Of a stretch of DNA of 64,000 nt, positions 10,901-22,270 are shown in pieces. The translations under genes were made by a program, and so were the position numbers. Source of the DNA: Felis catus. Its lineage: Eukaryota. A model generated the notes under the pieces. The model did not search any database, had not been told where the DNA came from, and was given only the letters and a program-made list of their open reading frames with translations. The stretch spans positions 12,712,001 through 12,776,000 of the forward strand of contig NC_058383.1 of the NCBI RefSeq assembly GCF_018350175.1. The letters are read 5' to 3'. The number at the start of each line of letters is the position of its first letter. Positions within the stretch are counted from its first letter, which is position 1.

Positions 10901-13004
10901 AAAAGTGGTGTCCAAGACTAAGAGGAAGAGGAGAAGGAAAAGAAGATACAGGAAGGAAACAGAAATACGGAAGGCTCCGGTCCTTCGGGTAATGCCTAAT
11001 CAGGTGAAAAGCAGAGGTGCCACAAGCAGGGGGTCAGTTCAACAAGCAGTCCCCACGGACCCTCAGGCCATCCCAGAAGCAGGTTGATGACACATGGGAA
11101 ACCAGTCCTGGTCTCCAAACGCCTCCCCAGGATAGCTAACCCCCTTGCTCTCCTCAATTAGGCTAAACTCATCCACAGCCAAACCCCAGAGGAAAGTAAC
11201 CCACATAAATGAAGGGTCATAATGATAAGGAAAAACATCAGATGTCAACGTGGCCCAGTTAAACCCAGTTTATCGACTAAAGACCAACAGAGAGAAATAA
11301 AGAGAGAAAGAGACTACTTCTGCTAGGAAGCAAGGGGTAGGGGGCTGGTTCCATAGAATGGCTCAGAAGAATAAAAGATCTAAATGCCCTCACCAGTGAA
11401 TCATGCCAAGAGCACTTCGTCATGGCTTGAACTCTTCCCTGACAGATTCCCACTTCCGACTTTGTCTCTGAAGAACAACGTGGGTGAAAAGGACGGGGGC
11501 TAAGAATGGGTTTTTTTGAGAAGGCTGACCTAACGCAGCCCGCACATAGAAAGAGATTCCCTTTTCTCCTGCAGCCACCTTACAAACACTTCCAGAGAGG
11601 GCAACAGTTCCTACAAGAAGCGTAATCCTTATCAACAAGGCAAAGGGGCTATCAAAGCAGCAAAGATCACATGGCTGTTAAGATAAAGGTTTGGCAGTTC
11701 CAGGGTGGGCTTATCAAGGTTTAGCAGTAAGCGAGTTTTGTTGCTTCGACTGCATTTAAAAAGTTCATTGATTTGTAGCTAATACCAAGTTGTCATAGTT
11801 TCATGAGTAACAGCTTGTGGTTTGCCGAATCAAAGCCTTTTCCTGAATCCATAATAGCAGATTCACTGAGGTGGCCTGAACAACTGCAGAGAGGGGAGAA
11901 GCCCAGAAAGACACCCAGGTAGAGGGAAGGAGTGGATTTGGTCAGACTGTAAGTGGTCTATAAAAGAGGAAAAATAAAACTCTCCTTCCCAAAGCAGCAG
12001 AAATCCAGCCTTTTAAACATTCAAATTGACTTGTGGAGAGACGATTGTTTTGAAAAAAATTATAGATTAACTATGTGTATACACACATGTAAGAAATGGG
12101 CTCTAAGGGGGGTAAAGCCAAATTGAAGATTCTTAAAAAGCTTATCAACGGAGTTACTCTCCATTAGGACAGCTTTTCCACATTGTGAACTTGGCACAAC
12201 TGAGTATTTTTCTACAACCAGGATCTTGGAAGAGTGACGTGTCCTTTTCTTTTTTCCTTGGGGGAAGATAGATGCACACAGGCAGGCACACACACACAAA
12301 CCCATTCGATGAGCCCTGACCCCACTAAGGTGTATTCTGACGATGTCTTAGTACTATATTAGACTTTCATAGCATTTTCTCAGCCTACTCCATTGGAACT
12401 TCTAAAACCCATGTTGGGCTGACAGAGCTGTTACTTTTATCCCCTTTCGGAGGAGGAAAGGATTGAGTCTTAGAGGGAGTCAGAACATGCAGCCCGACTC
12501 TCCCAGTGGTGCCCAGGGCAGACATGACTAATTGATCGAGGATCTCTCTCCCAGGAAGCTCAAACTAAGCCTCAGAATCCTCTCCACAGCAGACCTCCAG
12601 AGCCCCTATCAATGGCTAGATGACATGAAAGATAAAACCGATTTGCCTTCCTGGACCCAAGTGACCCGCCCAAGGTCATAGGACTGCTTCATGGTACAGC
12701 CAAGACACAGGTCTCTCCTTTCAGTGCTTCCTTAATGAACAGTAGAACACTTTCTCCCCCATGAGGTGGGCTTGCCCTGCCTACAGGCTATATGGCTACC
12801 GGGGCTTTTATTTGCCTCCCTGCACACAACTGCCAAACTCCATTCATGCTCACTGTTTAGGAAGCTTAAGACATAACAGAGAGCTCCCATGAACTTTGGA
12901 ACTATATACGTGGCCCACGTTCTATTTCTCTCAGATTCTGTTGCTCTAGATGATATACAGCCGTCGGAATCTTTAAAGATCGGTGTTCTTTAATATTTAT
13001 CGAG

Positions 13005-13502
13005 CCCAAATAAGCAAATAAGTAATAGAATTTCAGAGCATGATAAGTGCCAAGAAAAAGATGATGCAGGGTAAGGGGCTAAAGAATGGTGGAGGTGGGG
13101 TGATCAGTTAAGGTCTCTGGGAGGAGGTGACGTTGGAGCAGAAACTGGAGTCAAGTGAGGGCCATGGCCCCTGAAGATCCGGAGAGAAGGTGTTCCACAG
13201 AACAGCAAGGGGAAAGCAACAAGCTGCGCGTGATTAAGAAATAGCATGGGGAACAATGCGGGATGTCACCGAAGCCACGGTAGAGACTTGCAGTTTTATT
13301 CCAGGCATGATGAGAAGCCTCTGTGGGGTCTAAAGCAGGTGAGTAGCGAAGCGAACTCAGTTTTAAAAGATTACACGCCCAGGGCGCCTGGGTGGCTCAG
13401 TTGGTTGAGCATCCAACTCTTGATTTTGGCTTGGGTCATGATCTTTCAGTTCGTGAGACTGAGCCCCACGACTGTGTGAGGCCGGCTTGGGATTCTCTCT
13501 CT

Positions 13503-13539
<37 letters not shown>

Positions 13540-13740
13540 CCCCACTCACGTGCCTGCTCTCTTTCTCTCTCTCAAAATAAATAAATAAACTTTAAAAAAT
13601 AAAATAAATGAAAGATTACATGACCAAATGTTTGTTTTCAAAGATCACTCTGGCAGCAGTGTGAACAATGTACTCAGTTGAAGGGTTCAAAACGGTCAAG
13701 AAACAAGCTGGGGTCACTCACCACAATACTCCAGATGGAG
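13005..13740 (-). mobile_element. L2 fragment interrupted by a SINE
   Basis: GATAAGTGCC...CAGGGTAAGGGG; GGAGGAGGTGACGTTGGAGCAGA; AAAGATCACTCTGGCAGC. Confidence 0.7.
13382..13612 (+). mobile_element. Can-SINE
   Basis: Head, (CT)n tract, AATAAA tail; TSD AAAGATTACA. Confidence 0.93.
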
Positions 13741-13814
13741 TTGTCCAATCAGAAGTTAGAAAGACAAGTCTGACAGTCAGAAGAGAGGACAAAGGCTGAT
13801 GTGGGCGTCAGCAG

Positions 13815-14200
13815 CTTTTGTAGGTTTGGGTCCTTCTAGAAGCAGATGTGAAGACCGGATCAGACGTGCATGAGATCTATATGGGGGGCAATTCCTGAAG
13901 AGGATAAAAAGGAGGAGGCAAAGAAGGCAGAGAGGGACTTCAGGCCATAAGGAGGTCTGGCACCTTTGAAGGAGTGGGGCAAGGAGGATTGGACAGAAGA
14001 GCCTCTGATGACGGTACAGTTCCAAGAAAGGTTTGCCCAGGGCCCTGGGGAGTCTTCATGCCAAAATCGCCATAGGACTGGCCCCGCCATGTTTAGCCAT
14101 TTACTGAGAACAGCCTGTGGGAGGCAGCCTCAGCAGGGAAGCAGGAGTGGATCCAGAAGCACAGCAGCTGGGGCCATCAGTCAGCCATGCTCTGCCGGCA
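13815..14200 (-). mobile_element. ERVL LTR remnant (LTR16/40/41 group)
   Basis: GGTTTGGGTCCTTCTAGAAGCAGATG...AGACGTGCATGAGAT...GAGGATAAAAAGGAGG. Confidence 0.55.
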
Positions 14201-14339
14201 GCCAATTTTCACAGCCACCAGAGCAGTCAGGAGCGTGGAAGGACCCATTCCCCCCGCCTTTTCAGGGACTTAGTTCCTATATCTCCGTCCTGTCCATCTA
14301 GTCACAAGCATGCTTGAGGAAGTTGTATCGTAGGAAAAC

Positions 14340-14720
14340 CTCTTCGCGATCTCCAATCCTCCAAACAATGCTCTTTCTCATCCCTCCACACATCCAAACA
14401 AAAGACGCCTCCACTTTCCCATCCCTCTTTAGTACTCTTTGCTCCACTCTTCTCTCTCTCCTGCTCTTTCCAAAGCCCCAAGCTTGTCTTGTGAAGGCCA
14501 TTAGCGGACCTCCATCTTGTTAAAGCTGATCGTAGAGACTCTACAGTTCTCTTCTTCCCTGATCTCTTGGCAGCATTTGATGAGGTGGATTACTCACTCC
14601 TTCTTAAAATACTTTCTCTCCACTGGTTTCTGTGATGTCACATCTGCAGTATTTTCTTTCTCCTTCTCTTACTCCCTGCTGGTTCCATACACCTTCTAAA
14701 CCTTCTCAGTCTCTTTTCCT
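14340..14720 (+). mobile_element. L2 ORF2 (RT) fragment
   Basis: GATCTCTTGGCAGCATTTGATGAGGTGGATTACTCACTCCTTCTT translates DLLAAFDEVDYSLLL, similar to L2 DLSAAFDTVDHSLLL. Confidence 0.75.
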
Positions 14721-15325
14721 TCTGCCTGGAAGAACCTATTGTCTTACTATATGTGATGGTGGGAAGTTACCTTGAAGTCTTTCATCTTCTCTCCTATGGG
14801 GCTTCAAATGAAAACTCTCTGCTCAGTTCTCCAGGTTTTACCTCCTCGGAAATCACAAATCTTTTCTTGCAAAGGAAAAGGGTTTGCTTTTCCTATTTTT
14901 TTGTGGGGGGGGGGGGTAATATATTTTACAAATTTGTTTAGCTTTTTCAGCTCTCATTTATTTTTTTAATTGATATAATTAACATCTGATATTATATTAG
15001 TTTCAGGTGTCCAATATAATGATTCGACATATGTATATACTGTGAAATGATCACCACAGTAAGGTTAGTTAACATCTGTCAACACACAGAGTTATAATTT
15101 TTTTCTTGTGATGAGAACTTTTCAGATTGACCCGCTGAGCAACTTTCAAGTATACAATGCAGCATTGTTACCTATAGTTGCTTTGCTATACAATTCTAGG
15201 ACTTTTTTTTTTTAATGTTTATTTATTTTTGAGAAAGAGAAAGAGTGTTGAGCAACTTTCAAGTATACAATGCAGCATTGTTACCTATAGTTGCTTTGCT
15301 ATACAATTCTAGGACTTATTTTTTT

Positions 15326-15543
15326 TAAAAAAAATTTTTTTTTTCATTTATTTATTTTTGGGACAGAGAGAGACAGAGCATGAACGGGGGAGGGGCAGAG
15401 AGAGAGGGAGACACAGAATTGGAAACAGGCTCCAGGCTCTGAGCCATCAGCCCAGAGCCCAACGCGGGGCTCGAACTCACGGACGGCGAGATTGTGACCT
15501 GGCTGAAGTCGGACGCTTAACCGACTGCGCCACCCAGGCGCCC
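15326..15543 (-). mobile_element. Young SINEC_Fc-type SINE
   Basis: CpG-rich; GTGACCTGGCTGAAGTCGGACGCTTAACCGACTGCGCCACCCAGGCGCCC; TSD GGACTTATTTTTTT. Confidence 0.95.
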
Positions 15544-15552
15544 TGGACTTAT

Positions 15553-15759
15553 TTTTTTTTTAATGTTTATTTATTTTTGAGAAAGAGAAAGAGTGTTTGT
15601 GGGGGATGGGCAGAGAGCAAGGGAGACACAGAATCCAAAGCAGGCTCCAGGCTCTGACTGTCAGCACAGAGCCCGACATGGGGCCTGAACTCACTAACTA
15701 TGAGATCATGAGAAGTAATGCTCTTTCTCATCTGAAGTCACTGAGCTACCCAGTGCCCC
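15553..15759 (-). mobile_element. Can-SINE
   Basis: Reverse-complement body; TSD TTCTAGGACTTATTT. Confidence 0.9.
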
Positions 15760-16279
15760 TTTTCTAGGACTTATTTAATCTCATAAGTGGAAGTTTGTAC
15801 TTTCGACCATCTTTACCTATTTTGCCCACCTCCAGCATCCCCTCCTCCCCACCTCTGGCAACCACCAATCTGTTCTCTAGGTCTGTGAGTATGTTGTTGT
15901 TTTGTTGTTGTTGCTGTTTTTAGGTTCCATGTATAAGTGAGATCACACAGTATTTGTCTTTCTGCCTGACTTATTTCACTTAGCCTAACACCCTCAAGGT
16001 CCTTCCACATTGTAACAAATGGCAGAATTTCCAACAGCTTTTTATTATTATTATCATTAATTATTCTGCTAGGTGATACATTTTAAAAGCAAGGCTAATC
16101 TTTACCACCTTTTTCTTAACTATGTCTGCCCTCCCCTGAACAATGGGATGCCTCACCTTGCATGAGTGGAGGGTGCTGGGGCAAACCAAATTTTTGAGAG
16201 TGAAATATCTCAGCACCAAACTGTCCATAAAGCCTGTCCACCTGTGTGTGTCTCAGAGGTATAATAAACTGTTACATAC

Positions 16280-17160
16280 TTAAAACTTGTGATTCCCCAC
16301 CCCCACATATCCAAATCCATATCACCTGTAGTCTCCCTCAACCAGAAGAATGGCTCCTCCATTCATTCAGTTGCTCAAGTCAGAAATCTGGGAAACGGCT
16401 CTACCAACTCCTGCTGGAGATAGGGAACCAGATCTTGCCCATTCTTCTCTGTCCTTTCCCCAGTGTCTACTTCTCACCATCTCCACTCTACTGCCCAGCT
16501 CCTAGCCGTCAGTATCTCTTCTCTGGAGAGCTGCAATAACCTTCCAACTGCTCCCCCTGCTTCCACTCATGCTTCTTTCCAACCCCATCCCCACACGGCA
16601 GCCTGAGAGGTCTGACAAAGCCCATCAGGTCCTGCAGACAGCTTACTCTGTATCTCTTCAGTGATTTCCCATTGTCCTTGCCATAAAATACAAAACGCTT
16701 GACATGGCCTCCAAGGCTCCACATGTTCTGTGTTCTGCCTCCCTGTCTAGACTTACAGCAAGCCACTTTGCTCCTCAAGCTCCGAAACTGGCCTTTCACT
16801 GTCTCTGACTGTCCCACACACTTTCCTCCCTCTGAGCCTTCACACATGCGCATCTTTTCTCTCTCCTACACCCATTCCTTCGCCTTCTACTCAACTTTCT
16901 GCCCGAGATTAATCGAAGGGGCTTTTCCTGAACTTTCCAGTCCAAATCAAATCCCCAAATGACTCTTGTGGCACCCAATTCTTTTCCCTCGTGTCGGTGA
17001 TTGTTATGTGTGATTATAAAGTCATGCACGAGAATTAACTGTTAAATGCTTCCCTTCCCATAGAATTAGGGGCAGGGACCTTGTGTGTTTTGCTCATCAG
17101 CTAGCACAGTCCCCAGCATGTAGTGGGGACTCACTATCTGCTGAAGGAATGAATGAATGG
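16280..17160 (+). mobile_element. L2 3' region
   Basis: TCAGTTGCTCAAGTCAGAAATCTGGGA; CTGCAATAACCTTCCAACTG; ends TAGCACAGT...GAATGAATGAATG. Confidence 0.8.
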
Positions 17161-17359
17161 ATTGTGTAGGATAAACGAATAAGAAAGCAAAAAGGAAGAA
17201 GATAGAATCTTAGGGAAAAGGTTACATGTAAAAAGAGTGGGCAAAGGAAAAGGAGTCAGCAACAGAAACGGAAAGATCAGGAAAGAGGTAGAATCAGAAG
17301 AAAATGGGATTTGGGATCTCTAAGGAACTACCACTTGGAAGACAGGGTACAGAGTTTTC

Positions 17360-18015
17360 ACTCTGTGCCCCAGACAGAAAATGCCCGTGCGGGCGAGGAG
17401 CTTCTGGAGTTAGCAGACCCTGCTGACATTAGTGTAAAATGTACAGGCACTGCTCGGCAACATGAAAACTCAACATACGCACACCTGTCGTACCTGCGAC
17501 TTGACTCCTCGGTGTTTGCCCAAAAGAAGTGTGTGCACATGTGCACCCGCGAAAAAACATAGACACGAATGCTTACTGCAACCCGATTCATTCCAGTTAA
17601 AAACTGGAAACGACCCAAATGCCCATCAACAGTAATATGAACAAATTGTGATACATTCATGCAATGGAATACTAGATAGCAATGAAAATGAATTAGTCCT
17701 GTGACACACACGGTGAGTTGGATACATCTCACGAACTTACTGTTGGACAAAGGGAGTCAGACAGCAAAGAGTAGATGCTGTATGATTCTCTTTGCGTAAA
17801 GTTCTAAACAAGGCGAAACTAATCTGGCAGTGCTGGAAATCAGAATGGTGGTTACCTTCAGGGAGATCATGTAGTGACTGAGACGAAGCACGAATGGGGT
17901 TTTGGGAGACGGTATGTTCCGGGATATGATTACCAGGTGGGTTTAGTTTATGCCTATTCACTTGACTCACTCATGATTTGTGCACTCCCTGTTTGTTACA
18001 CTTCGATAACAGTTT
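17360..18015 (+). mobile_element. Old L1ME-like 3' end
   Basis: AAAAACTGGAAACGACCCAAATGCCCATCAACAG; CAATGGAATACTA; AAACTAATCT...CAGAATGGTGGTTACC. Confidence 0.8.
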
Positions 18016-18941
18016 ACTTCGGAAGACAACTTGGTAGTCTTCTATTTAAATTGCTTAGCAGCACTTAAAATAGATTATCACTGAATCATTTCAGGAAATG
18101 GAAGTGTTGGTGTGTATGCCTCTGAGTGTGTATGTATGTGTGGGTGTTGAACACTGAATATTCTTCAGGAATGCAGTCAGGTGAAAGGAAACATCAGATT
18201 TATTATGCTCTCTTAAATGACTTGGCTACGTGCCATAGTGTTTCCATAAAAGTTTCTCCACTCAGTGAGAGTCAATCTACTTGTATTGTTAGAAGGATCT
18301 TACGGAACCCCAACCTATACCACATCTATCAAATTCCATTTTACCCTCTCCTTTTATTCAGTAAATCATTCAATCACTGAGCATTTTCTCCGCACCAATC
18401 CCTGTGAGGCGCATCGGGGATTCAGAGAAAACTCTATACGTCTCCCTTCTTATCTCTATTTTTGGGACCTGAGGAATCCAGCAGGGATGCTTGCCAAGAG
18501 CATCCAAAGCCACAGGAACAGGATCCGGGGCGAGACTGTGTGAGGTTTTCACCTAGAATAGCTGGAAATCGTATAATCAAAGGAGCAAGGGAAGCCAGAG
18601 TCCAGTGGAAAGGAGACTTGGTACAAGGAATCAGAGATGGCGGTCAAGTTGACCTCAGGAAACAGACGCTGAAGAGATCAGGCACAGGTCAGGAAGTAGA
18701 TGGAAAGATGGCCCAAGAGATCAGTGGCGAATCTAGAGCCTTGGTGGGCGGGATCCACCCTGGGTGCTTGGATCAACAACAGTGCATTGTCTCTCCAAAT
18801 TGAAAAACAATACGAAACTGACTAAAAGTCTGGCTGCTCTGTGTTATCACCACACACCAGCGGTCCTAAAAAAATGTTAATAAAGTACTCCTGCCTAAGA
18901 ATGCTCAGTACAGAAGTGTTTGAAAGAAAACAAAATGTTTA

Positions 18942-19170
18942 GGGGCGCCTGGGTGGCTCAGTCGGTTGACCGTCTGACTTCGGCTCAGGTCATGATCTCA
19001 CAGTCTGTGAGTTGGAGCCCCGCGTCGGGCTCTGTGCTGACAGCTCAGAGCCTGGAGCCTGCTTTGGATTCTGTGTCTCCCTGTCTCTCTGCCCCTTCCC
19101 TGCTCATGCTCTGTCTTTCTCTGTCTCAAAAATAAATAAAAACATTTAGAAATTAAAAAAAAAAAAAAAA
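18942..19170 (+). mobile_element. Can-SINE
   Basis: Full head and body; TSD AAAGAAAAC(A/G)A(A/G)TGTTT. Confidence 0.95.
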
Positions 19171-19277
19171 GAAAACGAAGTGTTTGTAAGATTATGTCTT
19201 AATTTTATTTTTGAATTGTTCTTGGCTACTATATAGAATATAATTGATGTTTTGTGTATTGATCTTATACCACGCAA

Positions 19278-19700
19278 CTGGGAGCAGCCTAAATGTCCCT
19301 CACCTGGAAAACACACGAGCGGGTCTTAGTATATTCTTACTAACTGTATAGCAGCGAAAGCCAGATCAACCAGGACTCTCCGTACGGCCTTGGGCAAGTC
19401 CAAAGCATAATTTTCAATTGCACTGTAACCTAATGCCACTTACACAAAGTTTCGAAACATGTAAAACCCTACATCGTGTACGGATCATTGTAAAAGCCCA
19501 CAGGGTACATGGCATGACCAACATGGGAGGAGAGTGATGACCCCAGGAGCCGGGGGGGGGGGGGGGAGGGTGGGGAGAGAGGAAGGCGATCAGAATGGGT
19601 GCACAGGACACCGGTGTTTTGTCATTTTTTTCAAACCTAGAGGTGGAAACCGCACGTTCGTTATTTTTATTACCTGTTCTTTTCCCACGTGTCAGGAAGA
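19278..19700 (+). mobile_element. Very old L1ME 3' fragment
   Basis: CTGGGAGCAGCCTAAATGTCC; ATGCCACTTACACAAAGTTTCGAAACATG; AAACCTAGAGGTGG. Confidence 0.55.
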
Positions 19701-21412
19701 TCTCATAATACAAATAAAACTTTTGACCCGCACACAAAACAATACTCCTGCCTGCCAGGGAGGACTGTATCTGCCTGACCCTTCATCCTCCAGTGCGGGC
19801 GAAAGAGTCAGAAGAAAAAAAAGCTGACATATGTGAAGGTGTCAAGAGCCCATTGCTGTTGGTGGCCTGAGACGGGCAAAGAGCCAGGTGAAAAAAAATC
19901 TGGCTTTCTGCGGAAGAGGCTCTTGCAGAATGTTATCTGAAGGCAAGACGCCATGTTCTTAATGCTGATGTAGGGTAAAAAGGTTACCATCCCTGTGACA
20001 GTGTGCTCCAAAACGCCGTGCCCAGACCTTGTCACACAGAAGCAGGCGGGGATGACTCAAGTCTAAAGAGCTCTAAATCCGGGAAACAGGATGCCCGTTA
20101 TAAGCAGGCACCGTGACATTTTGGAATATGGGTTGGTAAGGCTCTCCATGTTAAGTAGGCTTTACAAGTTGTTATTACAATCACGTTAGCGCAGCACTAC
20201 AGCAAACGTCCCACGTCCACAGATGATTCTCTCCAAGAAACCTATTGGTCTGCTTTTCTTCTCTTTGCCTTCTGAATAGCAGCTGACAGACAAAGGGGAG
20301 CTGGCCTGGGCCTTTGATGCCAATGCCAACCGAACAATAGCCCTGCTTGTGGCAATCGCCCTCTTTGTTCAGCCAGGAGAATGCGGAGGCTGTTGCTCAT
20401 TGGATCTCGTGCATGTGGGTGGCCAGAGCAAGGTGCATTTGGCAGCCAGATGTAGATTCTGGGTGGTATGAGCTGACTGTCCACATAGCGAAAGCTTGGG
20501 ACTTGGCTGGGACTCCCCTGACCAGTGCAATCACGGAGACCAGATGGACTCGCCTTCTCGTCCTTTGAAGATGGTCCTTTATTTAGCTACAGGGAAGAAG
20601 CAGCCAACCGTCTGACCTGGAAAGCGTTCTCGGGCAGCCCGGTTCTTTTCGTGCGACATCTAAGAGAAAGGGAAAGTGTGCTGTTGAAAGGAAAATTTAG
20701 GGACAGCCTCCGCAAGCCACTGAGGACTCTGCAAAATCGCACGTACGAGTGGGCACCAGAGGTTCAATTAACCGGTGGGAGCTTCCCATTTATTTTCCTA
20801 GGGCAGTTCCACTTAGAAGGCAGATGACACTTGAGGGAATTTGTCACCATTTCCAGGGGCTTCTGTGCTGTTGCTGCTACTGCTGTAATGGCTACTACTG
20901 CCAACAGAACCCCTTCTCCCCACCGGAGGCTCCTCCCTCCAGCCCACCCTCGTAGAAGGGCAATCTGGACACGGCCGGTGGGCTGGAGCCCAGGGGTTTT
21001 GCTTGCCATGCCCGTTTGCACGGCTCTCAGGTGGAGGTCCTGAGTTTGAATCACAGTCCCATGGGGACCCGGTTGCGGCCAAGGTGAGTTGCAGGGCAGA
21101 GGGCTCCATCTCTGCCCACGCTGGGTCACAGGGTTCTTCTAAAATGCCAGCTAGAGCTGGGCCCTCCCACCTAACAAATCCTTTGGGAATCCGCCAACCG
21201 CCTCGCGTTTTGAGCTCTGTGTCTCTGGTGTGGTTTCCACACTACAGCCTCACGCTCTTGCCAGCTAACCCCCTTTAGATAGTCTACCTAGCTGCATGGT
21301 ATTCCCACTCTGGGTGAGGGCTTCACCCCTAACCACAAACTCTTTGCCCATAGAGCCGGCTCTGGGATCCTACTCATCAGCCACTTGGGATGGAGGTGGA
21401 GGTCTGGGGGCA

Positions 21413-21500
21413 CAGGGCCACCATGCACAGTTGTACAAGTTGTTCACTGCACAAGGTTTTCCAGCCAGGATGATGAATGGAGGCTGAAATCAGGTCCATA
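21413..21500 (+). mobile_element. MER91A-like hAT-Tip100 fragment
   Basis: CAGGGCCACCATGCACAGTTGTACAAGTTGTTCACTGCACAAGG...GGAGGCTGAAATC. Confidence 0.7.
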
Positions 21501-21699
21501 GGATCTGGACTACTTCCACTTCATCAGCGCCTAATGAGCGCAAATGCCAGTGCTCGTTACTTTTTGTTTCACTTGCTCAAATCAGCACACTCTTTTTTTG
21601 AAGAGCTGTTACCCTCTTAGCTTGAAACTCATAGTTCTAGTTGGAACTACCAATCTAAGTACCCGAGTACCCAAACACCTGGCCTCCGGAGTAGATGCA

Positions 21700-22045
21700 T
21701 GGCACAAGCTGGGACGACCAGAGTCCTTCCCAAAGACTTTCTGCTAAGGGAAAAGAGTCTTTTCTCAGTGGGGGCCAAGGTGGCAGAATCACCAGGGGCT
21801 GAACTTCCCACCATGTGGAAGAAACTGGAGTATAGTAAAAGATAATGAAGCCAACATGTAAGGAAACGAAGAGACAAGAAATGGAGAGAGTCCCCTGTAG
21901 GCCCTGACTCAGGCCAGTCGCACAGTCCTCCATCCCAACCCTGCCTTCTCCCAGTTTTCTTTCACGAGCCAACACATCTTCTCTGGGTTTCATTTAGTCT
22001 ATACTGTTTCTATTGCTTGCTACCAAGAGAGCTCTGAGAGACACG
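21700..22045 (+). mobile_element. MLT1J/K-like MaLR LTR remnant
   Basis: CCACCATGTGGA...GAAGCCAACA...GTTTCTATTGCTTGCTACCAAGAGAGCTCTGA. Confidence 0.55.
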
Positions 22046-22094
22046 TGTCCAATAAAGGTCTTCTTAAATACCAACTCTGCCGGGAAAAGAGAAA

Positions 22095-22270
22095 CTAACA
22101 TTTATATAAGGTCTAATATGTACCCACCATGAACTCGATGCTTTTATATATTATATCATTTTAATTCGCTTACAAACCAGCAGTAGGGAATATTCATCTC
22201 CTCGCTTTTCAGATGAGGAAACTGAGGCACAAAAAAGGTTGAGGAACTTTCCAAAAATCACGGAACCTAG
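22095..22270 (-). mobile_element. MIR
   Basis: TTTCAGATGAGGAAACTGAGGCAC core. Confidence 0.85.

Larger units (their letters stand above)
14960..16035 (-). mobile_element. L1 3' end (L1MA9/carnivore type) interrupted by two SINEs and a tandem duplication
   Basis: GAAATGATCACCACAGTAAG...GCAACTTTCAAGTATACAATGCAG; ORF 15813-16034 EILPFVTMWKDLEGVRLSEISQ is the ORF2 C-terminus. Confidence 0.88.

Noticed and set aside
20280..20432. Plus-strand open frame QLTDKGELAWAFDANANRTIALLVAIALF... after a pyrimidine tract
   Set aside because: Weak donor, unrecognised peptide; the motif content fits an enhancer better.
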